Source of the DNA: Candidatus Omnitrophota bacterium
GTDB taxonomy: Bacteria; Omnitrophota; Gorgyraeia; Gygaellales; Profunditerraquicolaceae
Length of the DNA: 64,000 nt
Reading direction: 5' to 3'
Assembly (NCBI GenBank): GCA_022710715.1
Contig: JAKLGJ010000002.1
Coordinates: forward strand, 309,453 to 373,452
The translations under genes were made by a program, and so were the position numbers. The notes beneath the pieces are model-generated. The model worked only from the letters and a program-made list of their open reading frames with translations, made no database searches and was not told the origin of the DNA. This document shows positions 13,501-25,500 of the stretch, piece by piece; position 1 is the stretch's first letter; each line of letters begins with the position of its first letter.

Positions 13501-16500
13501 CGAGCCGAATATCCGGCATCCGGGCAGATCGATGAAGCCAGCCAGATCTGGGATATCGAAACCAAACGCCTGCTCGATGTATTTATGCTCGATCTGTCTG
13601 CCCGCAAGCTCGCTCGTTACGCCCAGGGCAGGGAGATCCTTATGCGCAAGGTTTTTCTTGATAAAAATGGGCAGCTTATTCTGGGCGGCCGGCCGTGGGC
13701 TACTTTCTCCGGCGTTCCCGAGGCCGAAGTTGAAGTATACATGAAGAACGGGATCATCCGTAACGTGCTTTTTGTCGGATCCGGCACGCGGGTTGATTTT
13801 ATCCTGCTGCGGGACGCTGCCAGCAACAGGATCGTGGATTCCTACATCAACAAGCTTTTCGCGAAAAGAGCCCGCCGGTACAGACATTTTTACATCGAAT
13901 ATATTGAAACTGATTCCAAGGGCGGATTTTGCGCTTGCGGCCGGGAATACCAGTGGGTGTTCCCGGAACATCCCCGTTCCCGGCTGTCGGTAGAGGTGAA
14001 GCTGGGATTCAGGTATATTCCGGTTCCTGTTGCCGCACGTATTATCGGAGATAACAAACAGATCATTGCCACCCGCGAGCTCAATCTGCTCTGGGATATG
14101 CGGGACAGGTTGATCGGGTCGTTCTTCAAACGACTGGACCCGGCTGCGGTCGCGGCGCGGGAATTCATTATCGAGATGAAAAACGATATTCCGGAATGGG
14201 AACGGTTCAAGGTGAGCGCGTCCAGTTTCAAAGGCCGCAGATTCAAGGATTTGAAAGGGCAGCAATCGCGCGTGTTTGTCAAGGATCTGATCCCGCTGTT
14301 GATCCGGTTCGAGAAGGGAGTGACGTTCGCCTATGATCCGGAGAAGAATTTCCTGTCGCGGGCAAAAAATCAGGATCAGGCCGACCGTTTCCTCTATGCG
14401 CTGGCCTGGGAAGGTTTAACCCCGAACGAGCGGTTGATCTTAGCCCTTGCCGCATATCAAAAGAAAAAAGAATTCAACCTGAAAAGCCTCAAAGAGACCA
14501 ATCTCGGGTACGCATTGTTGAAGCAGGAAGGCAAGAATTCGCTCACCGAGCTCAAACGCATACTGGAAAGATATGAATGGGGTCTGTTGCTGCGGATTAA
14601 CAGTCATTATGTCCTCAAGGGGGGATTCAGGGATTTTATCCGAGAAAAGGAGTCAGTTGATCCGGCTGCCGAGGAGTTTTATTCCGCGCGCGATCTGCAG
14701 AAAGCCCTGCAGGAAGCAGTCAAGCAATCCGACCTTATTCAGCCTTCCCGCGAAGCAATCCGGGAAAAATTCCCCAATCTGGTCCGGGATTACGACGTGC
14801 TCAAGGCGGTCGGCAAGATCTCCTCCGGCTGGAATCAGTTCGTTATTCCCAGGAGCAAACGCGGCCAGGCCCGGGAAGAAGCGGGTAACGGTCAGGCGCA
14901 GGACGGCGGTAAGTCATTACTCGCAACCTGGGATACCATGCTTGATTCCGGGCTGGTCGGCCGGATCTTCGCTTTGCGTCTGCCTTTGCCCGGCCTCGAC
15001 AGGGCGCTGGCGGTGCGCGCTTTATTGCCGGCCGGGGCGGCAAAAGGACTGCAGGACATATTCTTCGAGGATGATCTGATCATCCTGGTTTACAAGATAC
15101 GCGGCCGGCTGCAGTTGTTCCGTATCGCCCCCTGCGATTTTACCGATTATCTGACCGATACCGCGAAAGTTCGCGTTTTTTACAAAGACGATTATAAAGT
15201 TGAAGTCATCGCGGATAATCAGGAGATCGAAGATATTCTTGCCGACCTGCGCTTATACCGGGCGTTCCCGGGATTGTATAATCTGGTATATGGTCTCAAC
15301 TCCGAAGATGTTCACGAGCAGTTGCGCGCCCTGCAAGCCATCAAGGGGCTCATGCGTAACAGCGCGGCTGCTCCGGAAGCGCAGCGGTTGCTTACCGCAT
15401 TGCTGGGCCATGAGAACCGTTATCTGCAGCTGCGGGCGCAGGAGATCCTTAACGCGGTGCACAGCGGACGTCCTGCTGCGTTCCCTGATTTCGAGCGCAT
15501 ACAGTTTGCGGCTCCCGGAGAAGCGATTTCGTTGCCGGAGACAGTCTTGAACGTGGGATTCAATCCTAACGCGCAAACAGTCGCTTTGCGCGGTTTCAAG
15601 GCCCGCCTGGCGATCAAAGACGCAGCATCGGAAAGGTTGCGCTATCGCAATTTAACCGCGACAGCGTATACCGAGAACAGCGTTACGCTCAAGGTCAAGC
15701 CTCACGCGCGCCATCTAAAAGTGTCTGCCGGGATGGCGCATATCGCGTTACAGATTAAACAGCCGGGCAGCCGGTCCTGGGAATTTGTCGATCATCCGAC
15801 AGCCAATCAGCTGGTCATTGTTCAGCCTGATCTGCGCGGCGCGATGATCTATCAGCTCTGGCCGGCGTACCTGGGGGTCTATGATGAGGACGGGCAGGTT
15901 CGCTATGACCATACCGGCAGGGCTATTCCCGGCACATTCAAGGACGCGCAAGACCTGCTGCCGGCGCTTAACGCGCAGGGGTACCGCTACATATATCTCA
16001 TGGGTATTTACCAGTTGGATAAACCCGAGAACATCATCGGACAGGTCGGGCCGGATGCTTCGTTATTCTCTCCGCTGTCATTCGCGGTCAGCCGGGAGTT
16101 GGGCGGCGAAGACGGCTTAAAAGCCCTGATCGATAAAGCCAGGGATGAATTCGGTATCGGGATTATCGTGGACTTGATCCCCCATGTGAACCAGAATTTC
16201 AACGATCTGCCGGAATGGGCCATAGTCAAAGCCAGAGGGTCCGCCGGCAGGGTTATTCGCAGGCTGGCCACCGACGGTTCGATCAACTTCGAGAATGGAT
16301 TACCGGTGGAATGGCATGATTCGGTGATGCTCAATTACCGGGATAACCGGGTGATTCAAGCGCAAGAACAATTACTGCGGCGCCTGGCGGCAATGGGAGT
16401 GCAGGGCGTGCGTATCGACGTAGCCCACAACTTCGGTTCCCTGCTGCCGGTCGACCCTTCTTTAAAGAGCAAGCAAAAGCTGTTCGGGCAGGTCACTTCC

Positions 16501-19500
16501 TGGCAGCGCAATGAACAGGGAGGTTTCAAGATCGTGAACAGCTGGGATGACGGGAAAGCCAATCCTTTCCTGGTCTATCTGGTCGCTGCCATAAGCGCTG
16601 ATTACCCGCACTTCGTCTTTATCGGAGAGAATTATGGAAAATATCTCCAGATCGTCAATTCCGGAGCCATCCCCATGGATTCCGGCACCCACGACGATAT
16701 GGAGAAAGTGATCTTAAAGGGCGGCTCTGCGGCGGATATACTCGGCGGGCATTTCCGCTGGCTGCTCGGCCGGCTTCCTGAAGGCGCGCAGGTCGCTTCG
16801 GCTCTGGAAACGCATGATTATTTCCGCCTGATGGACAGATGGCAAAGTTACGGTCCCGCGCGCATCAAAGCGCCGGTAATGACCTGGCTGGCAACTACCC
16901 GCGGGCCGCTCATGGTCTATAATCGCCAGGAGATCGGGGAGGTTCACCGCATCCGTATCGACAATTACACCAAACATAATTACCAGGAGGCCGACCGGCA
17001 GCGGTATTATGCCCAGCTTGAATTCGAGCGCATACACGGGGAGACCGTGCAGCAATTCTATCGGCGACTGTTTGATTTCTTCAGGTCCAATCCGCTTCTC
17101 TCCCGGGGAGAGAATTATATCCTTACGGTTTCTCCGGAGCAGGTATTCGCCATCGCCAGGTTTGATCAGGAGCAGGCCTTGATCGTGGTGGCGAATATGA
17201 GCTGGCAGACCGCGCTTGCCGAAATAGATCTTATGCCGCTATGGGAGAGAATGGGTCTGAAGGCATCACGGAATACATTCTACCAAATAAGCGATAGCGA
17301 AAGCGAAACACGGGAGATTTTCAGCGGCGAAGAACTTTTCGCGGACACAATCAAGGTCAGGCTGGAAGGATACCGGGCGACCGTGATCGGCTTGAGCGCG
17401 TATGCGCCGGATGGCGGCATCGAGCGCATTGCTTTCCGCGATGCTTTTGCGCGCTATACCCGGCAAGACCGTCCGGTGCGGATCAATGCCAATTTCGCTT
17501 TTGTTTCTCTGGAAGGAACCGTTCTTCGCAATGACCGCAGGTTATTCCATACGCTGTTCGTTCAACTGGCGCATGTAGTGGACGGCAACGATACATTGCC
17601 CGGACTGGTCGCGGGAGATCTTACCCTGCTGATGCATGAACTGCAGGCGAAGTATCCGCAGTTCAGCTGGAGGATCGAGTCGTACCTGGAAGCGCTGCGG
17701 GATGAGGGCGATGATGAAACTGTCCGGCGCGTCGCGGGAAAAGTTCTGCGCTGGGTGAAAGTGGGATCGGTAGTATTCGTTTCTCCGGAAGCTGCTCCGG
17801 TTTCCAAAGCCGGCGGCATGGCCAATGTGGTCGGCGAGCTGGCCGCGGAATTGGCTCAATCCGGCCTGAAGGTCTATGTGGTCAGTCCGTTGTACACCTA
17901 TGGCATAAGACCGCCGGGCTTGTATGAGAATATCAAAGAGGAGACGCGCAGGAAGTTCGATATTTCGTATACCGGCAAGACCATGCAGGTATATGCCGGA
18001 AGAAAAGGCATGGTTCCCGCAGGGTTGGCGCATGCGCAGATCAGCGGGGTCGAGTATTTATTGCTGGATCATCCGGAATTCGCGGATGCGTTGTACGGTT
18101 CTACCGACTCAAAAGAACATGAGCTTCTGCGTTCGATATTCCTCTCCTTCGGCAGCCTGGAAGCTTTGAAGGCCATGCACGTGTATCCGTCTTTGGTTAT
18201 CGGCAATGACTGGACCTGCGCGCCGCTGATGGCGCATCTGAATTCGGACAGGTCACTGTTCAAGCATGACCCGCATTTCAGCGCGGCCAGGACTATCGGC
18301 TGGGTGCATAATAACGGCCAGGATTACCAGTTCAAGGTCCCGCGTTTCGAGAACGGGCAGGACCTGCTCGGTAATCTCGGATTACCGGCTGAAGATTTCG
18401 GCTGGTTCACCGATCCGCATAACGGGAATCTGATCAATTTTACCGCGGCGTTCATCCGGCACGCGCAGTATGTGGTCGCGGTCAGCCCCGGGCAGATGCA
18501 GGATTATCTGCGTTCCGACGAAAAAGGCGGAGGAGAAGGGTTGAGTTTCATCTACCGGGAATTAATGGCTCAAGGCAGGTTATTCGCGGTCACTAACGGC
18601 GTGGCCCTGCGGGAGATCCAGCGCAGATGGTTCGGCCGGTCGATGTTCGATGTTTCCAACGAGCGTCAGCGGCGGGCATTTCTGGATCAGGCCAGGACGG
18701 TAAAAGAAGAATCGCGCGCGATCATCGCGGATACGGCGTTGTTCTGGCCGGCATCCAACGGGAAATCACCCTATTTCGGCCGGGAGCATATGGTGGTGAA
18801 CATGGTCTCGCGCATCACCGAGCAGAAAGGGATCAATTTTGTCGTTCCGTTTGTCCGTCGCGTGATCGAAAGCGGAATCTATCCTGACGTTGCTTTTGTA
18901 TTCGGCGGCAGCGGCGACCGTTTCTGGATGGATACATTGAACGAATTGGTATATGCCTTCCCGGGCAGAGTCGGGTATTCCAACGGTTTCCTCCCGGATC
19001 CGCATCCGCTTTCCATCTATCAGCGCACTTTTCTCGCCGGTGATCTGTTCATCGCTTTCTCGATATGGGAACCGGGAGGGATCTCTCCGATGGAGGCGTT
19101 GGCCTATGGCGTACCCTGCCTGGTCTCGGATAAACAAGGGCACAAATCAACCATAAAGACCATATCCATCCCGGGATTGAATCATCTTCTGGGCATTGAT
19201 GAGTCCGATCCGGGTTTTAACGGCGCGCGTACGCCGGTATATGAATGGGACGTTGATTACACCGTGGATATGATCATGCAGGCTTTTGACCGGATGTACC
19301 AACTGTGGAAAAATCGCGAGACAGACCCCGTATGGGGCCGGCTCGCGGAGAACGCGCTTTTCTCGGATAACAGCTGGGAGCGGTCGGTGAACGACGTGGA
19401 AATTCTCTTCAAGAATGCGCTGGATGGGGGAAAAGACCAGGAGTTGGCGCGGGCATTGGTCGGGTATAGTGCGCAGGAGCAGCCTGTCCGGACACAGCGC

Positions 19501-22500
19501 AATCCGGCATTCGCCTTTCTGGAAGAGCCAATCCTGAATCGCGATGCGTCCCGTTTTGCTTTGTCTTTTGAAGAACTGGTCGCGGCCATGCAAAGCGATC
19601 CGTCTTTATCCGCCGGAGACCTGACTTTGCTGACCCACGAGTTGTCTGTGAAACATCCCGAATCCGATACGGATATAGATCGTTTCCTGCAGATTGCGGC
19701 GCGCGATGCGCGCACTTCAGCGGGGCGCCTTGTTGCGGAGAAAACGCGACGCTGGTACCGTGTCGGTTCAGCCGCATTTGTTTCGCCGGAAGCCTACCCG
19801 ATCTCGTATGTGGGAGGCATGGCTCCCGCGGTGGGAGGGTTGAGCGCGGCTTTAGCCGACGACGGCCTGAAAATGTTCATCGTGACACCGACATATGATT
19901 ATCAGGTGAACGCCGCAGAGCGGATGATGCTCGATGTTCCGATTAATACGTTGGGCACGGTGCCCATGCAACTTCTCAAGCAGCGGTTCAACAGCGTGGA
20001 TTATCTGCTCCTGCATTACCCGATCTGGGACGGTATCCGTCAGAATGTGTTCGGCGGCTACCGCATTGACCAGACACCCGCGATCGGCGCTTTGAACGCG
20101 GTCGCTCTTTCTCTGGGCAGCCTGGAAGCGTTAAAGGCTGTTGGCGCGTATCCCTCGATCATGGCCGGCCACGACTGGATGGCCGCGCCGTTACTGGTGC
20201 ATCTGCGCTCTCCGTCGTCACCGTATAGCGCGGAAGATCATTTTGCCCGGGCCAGGACGATCGCCTGGGTACATAATACCGGAGCCGGGTATCAGTTTAA
20301 CGTGCCGCGGTCTTATGACGGAACAGATGTTTTGTCCTTCCTGGGGTTGCCCGAAACCGAACTTGCACCGTTCTATTCTCTTTGGGTCAAGCAGGAAGCA
20401 GCGATGCGCTACAGCAATTTTTTACTCGCCGCGATCCGCACCGCCGATTATGCGGTAGCAGTCAGCGATACCCAGATGCAGGATTACCTGAAATCCGATC
20501 TATTGGGAGAAGGCGACGGTTTTTCCTCTATCTTCCAGGAGCGAATGGCGCAGCGCCGGTTGTTTGCGGTGACCAACGGCATCGACCAGGCGCCGCTGCA
20601 GCGGCGCTGGTTCGGTAATTCTGCGCCGGGTCTATCTGCGATCGAGAAACAAGGATTCATGCGCGCGGCCACAGCCGCCAAACAGGCGGCTCGGCAGACA
20701 GTGGAGCAGGATAACTGGTTCTGGGCGCCGGATAATCTCGCGTTCTTCAGGGAGCTGGTTCCCTTACGGCATATCGACCGGGATTCTTTCGTCGTAGCCT
20801 CCATTTCGCGCATGACCGAACAGAAAGGTATACGGGAATTGGTCTCTTTCGCCGAAAGCGTGCTCGGGAATAGCGCTTATAAGAAAACGGTTTTCCTTTT
20901 TCTCGGGCATGGCGATAAGCAGTTGGAGTCTGAATTGCTTCGCCTTAGGGGGCGCTACCCGCGGCGCGTAGGGTATTACCGGGGATATTTCCCCGCTCCG
21001 GAAAGAGTGCGGGACAGCGTGTATCTTGCCGCTGATCTTTTTGTTTCTTTTGCGCTCTGGGAGCCCTGCGGTATCGCGGTAAAAGAAGCGCAGGCGGCCG
21101 GAGATGTGGCTTTAGTTTCCAATACCGGAGGACATAAAATGTCCGTCACCCCTGACGTGAATGGGGCCAGGTTCGATCTTTCCTACGGGTATCCGCCCAG
21201 GACTGTCGATAACGCTTTACGCCAGTTCGACCGTTTATATGTTCTGTGGAGAAAACGCGCCACTTCCGGAGAATGGAACAGCCTGGTAGAAAATGCTTTG
21301 TTCTCCGATAATAGCTGGAATGCGGCGGTGAAAGCTGCGCGCGCTTTGTTCAATTACGCGGTCACGGCTGATGAGGCGTATTACCGGAATTTCTATCCCC
21401 GCGGTCCCACTGCCGGCGACAGCCTTGACGGCGGTCAGCGTTTATCTTTCCAAATTCCTTTCCCCTTCCCCAATCTTTTCGATAACCAGCGCGGCTGGAA
21501 TGATCCTGAATGGCTCGAGGCGTATATTCTTACCTCCGCACTTCTCTCCCTGACTGATTCCATCGAAACACCTCTTACTGTTGCGGCGATCATCGATCAG
21601 GCTTCCCGGGTGTATGGCGATTACGGCCTGAATCTCGACCCGGCCAGGATCATTGTCCGGTTGGAGGGGTTGCGCCGAAGAGGGCTGGTGCGCAACAGCG
21701 ATAACAACTACAGCATCAAAGCGTCGGATAACGTGTATCTCAACGTCGATCCCCGGATGGCCGCTGTCTGGGCGGATGATTTCTATTATATCCAGCAGGA
21801 TATTGAACGCGCCGTGGCAGGCGGCCGTCAGGCGGTTTTTGCGGTCATTGACGCTTATGCCGCTGCGGTGGATCAATGGCCGAAGTATCCGGTGGAGGCG
21901 AAGTATCCGGTGCTGCGCGCGGTAGTCCAGCTGGATGCGCCGGCGCAGAAAAAACTTCTGGAATGGCTGCTAAGCCGCGGTCAGGCCGGCAGAACTGCCC
22001 TTGTAGATGCGATCGTACTGTTGATGGATTTTGAGCGGGGCAAACAGGGATGGCTTTCATTCCACGCGCCGCAGCTGGAAGGCCGCAGCATGTACCTGGT
22101 TGCCGCAGAGATATCCCTGCTTGCCGGCGGCTTGGGCCGGGTGATGCAATATCACGGAACCGCGATGTACCAACTGGGCGCGGATGTGGTGTATGTCGAA
22201 CCGTTCTATCCGATTACCAGGAATAAACAGGCTGACGTAGTGCCTCTGGATTACGCTGCGATCCCGCAGCCGCTTAAGGACATTAAGAGGCTGTCGCAGA
22301 AGTTCAATACTTTTGTGGGCGGAAATCCGGTCGCGTTCGACGTGTATACCGCGATCAATCCGCGCGGCATCCGGGTATACCTGATCAGGGATACTGCCGG
22401 CAGGTATGTAAATATACTCTACGAATACTCCACCGCGGATTCGCCCGCTTCCAATTTCGAGTTTACCGAATTTTTCACCAAAGCCACCCTGGAATTGATC

Positions 22501-25500
22501 CGGTATCTCGAGCTTCAGAAGAAAGAAGAAGCCCGGCGCAGCGGACAGGTGTATAAAGCGCCGCTGGTCGACGCCAACGACGGCCAGGTGTTGCCGATCA
22601 CCGCCTGGCGCAGGATCTTTTACGGAGAGCGTTCGGGGATAATGCGCGCCGGCAATACCGAGCAGCAGATCAACGATTCCTATGAAATATTCCGGGATGC
22701 GGTTTTTTGCGGCACCACCCATACCTATCGCAACCGGGTGATGATGGAGGATCTCAAGACATTCGGACTGCCTTTCCTGAAAGCGGCCGGCGTGCCTGAT
22801 CAGTGGTTGTGGTTATTCCTGCGGCAAGAGCTTAACGGCAGCAAACTCTGGGATTTTACCAGCGCAGGATTGCGCAGCGCCGATGTAGCTAAAGCGGTGA
22901 GCGCTATCCATGGCGCGGAAATGAATGCCCGCGATCCGGGAGTGGATTTGATCGGCATCACTAACGGCGATGACCGGCTCTATTCTGCGGAGTTCTTCCT
23001 GGAGGCTTTGCGTAAAGTGGGGTGCCGGGATTGCGCGCAGCCTTCTCCTGAAGAGGTGTCTGCGGCCAAGCAGGAAGCCAAGCGGTCGATCGGATTAAAT
23101 CCCAACCAGCTGGTCATTTCCTATTCGGGAAGGCTGGTGAGTGAAAAGGCGGGCAGGGATCGCGCGTTTACCGACGCCACCATCGAAACGCTGGTCGCCA
23201 ACGGTATGCAGGTAGTTATCTACGGCAATGTTCAGCCCTATGAGGCCAGTCAGCGTATCGGGATGCAACTCTCGATGCTCGAGCGCCGCCTTGCCCAGTC
23301 CGGATACAGCGGCACATTTATCTTCCGGCCTAAATTCGATATCAATGACCAGCGGCGGTTACTGGCGGCATCCGACATTCAGATCCAGGATTCCGACCGC
23401 TATACCGGCGCTTCCGAATATACCGAGGCGGATGTTTCGGCCAATGCCGGCTTGCAGATGGGGCCGCCGTTCTGGGAAGGTATTATCCAGCATCAGGGAG
23501 CAGTAGTGAATCGCAGGTTGCTCAAAGGCAACACTCTGGTTCCGGCCGGAGCGTCCCCGGGCGATTACCGCGACGTTCTGGTCTGGGTCAATGAACAGTT
23601 CAAGAACGGCACGCTTGGCATCTATCAGGCCCAATCCATCCGGTTCAGCGAAATACTCACCGCGTATCTGACCGCAGCCGAGTATCTGCGCTTCTGGAAC
23701 AATGCTTTTTATGGCCGGCAAGTTCCTGCGGCGCATCCCCGGATCCCCGGCGAGGTCTTTCAGGTCGAATCCATGACCATGACCTCTTACCTGGAAGAGG
23801 GAGAGTTGAGTCTGGAGCGGCAGGGAAATGATTTCTATCTGCGGGGTAAAGTCGACGAACTGCGCGAGAATCTCGAGTTCTCGGCGGTGATCAATCTGGA
23901 AACCCTGGATTCGGTTTATTATGAAACCGGCAAGCGCGGGGTGGTACCGTTCGAGATGATCAAGGCGCGGCTGGTAAATGAATATGGGGTGGCCGTGCCG
24001 CTGGCTATTAAGCGTTTGATCCAGAACCGGGCGGAATATTTCACCATCATTCCTCAAGATGTACCTTTCCCGTTCGAAGGGGTGTTAGAGATCACTTCCG
24101 GATTATGGACGGTTACCCAGCCGGTGCGCATTGTCGCTCAAGAAACCCATACCATGTGTCTTCTGCCGCAGCAGCCGGTTTCCGCTCAACACGAAGTGCG
24201 TTATTCCGAACTGATCGAGATGCTGCAGTCAGCGGCCAGCAGATTCTTCTATTTTGATCCGCAGCTGCGCGGTTGGACTTTGATCACGGGTTGTCCGCAT
24301 TTTGACCAGCGGCAGAACGCGTTCCTCTATAACTGGGGAAGAGATACCATGGTCGCTTTACCCATGACCGTACTCTGCGGCAGACCGGAGATGTTCAAAG
24401 CGGTGCTGGCCAATTACCTGCGTTTTGTACGAAACGGCCTGTTGCCGAATCTGATCGGCAATGGCAGCAATCCCCGCTATAACAGCGTTGATTCCACCCT
24501 GTGGATGTTCTGGGCGCTGCACAAATACCTGGACATTACCCGGGATTTTTCTATCCTGGATATTCCTGTCGTCAGAAGTCAGGGAGAGAGCGCAACCGTG
24601 CTGGAGATACTCGAAGAAGTGGTTCAGGCGTATATCGCCGGTATTCGCGGCGTGGATAGCTGGGAAGAGGATGGCAATAACAGGCAACAGCATATCGATA
24701 TTTTTATGGATCAAGATGGATTGATATTCGCCGGGAATAAAGATACCCAGTTGACCTGGATGGATGCCCAGCCTAAAGGCGGCTCTCCCGTGACCAGCCG
24801 GTACGGAAAAGCGGTTGAGATCAATGCCCTCTGGTTCAATGCTCTGCGTTTGATGGAACAGGCGTACACCCATAAAGAGCGGGAAGCCGAACGGGCCGCG
24901 ATGCAGGAGCTTAAAGAGCAGGTGCGGGCGAATTTTACTAAATTCTGGAACGAGGAGAATAGCTGTCTTTTCGATACCATTGAAGGCGACCCGGCTGCCG
25001 GAAAGAAGATCCGTCCCAACCAGGTCTTTGCCATTTCTCTGGGGTTGCTGGATGAAGTCAAAGCCGGGCAGGCGCTGGATGTGGTGAGAAAAGAGTTACT
25101 CACGCCGTACGGCTTGCGCACCCTCAATATCACCGATCCGGATTATCATCCGGTGCACGCAAATGAATTATCCTACCACCAGGGCACCGTCTGGCCGTGG
25201 TTGATGGGCGCATTTATCGAAGCGGGTATACGGGTGTATGGCCGGGAAGAGACCGCGCATCTTCTGGCGGAATACCGGTATTTCAGCACTGTACATGATC
25301 TGCTTACCCATGGCCAGGATCATTCCATTCCGGAGATTTACGACAGTAATTGCGAAGCGGCTTTGGGCTGGAATGCCAAAGGTTGTTACGCTCAAGCCTG
25401 GAGCGTGGCGGAAACCCTGCGCGGCCTGGCGCTTTTGTTCCCGGGAGTATTCATTACGGGCTATGCCGGCGAAGAGAGCAAGAGCGGCTTGATCTATGAA

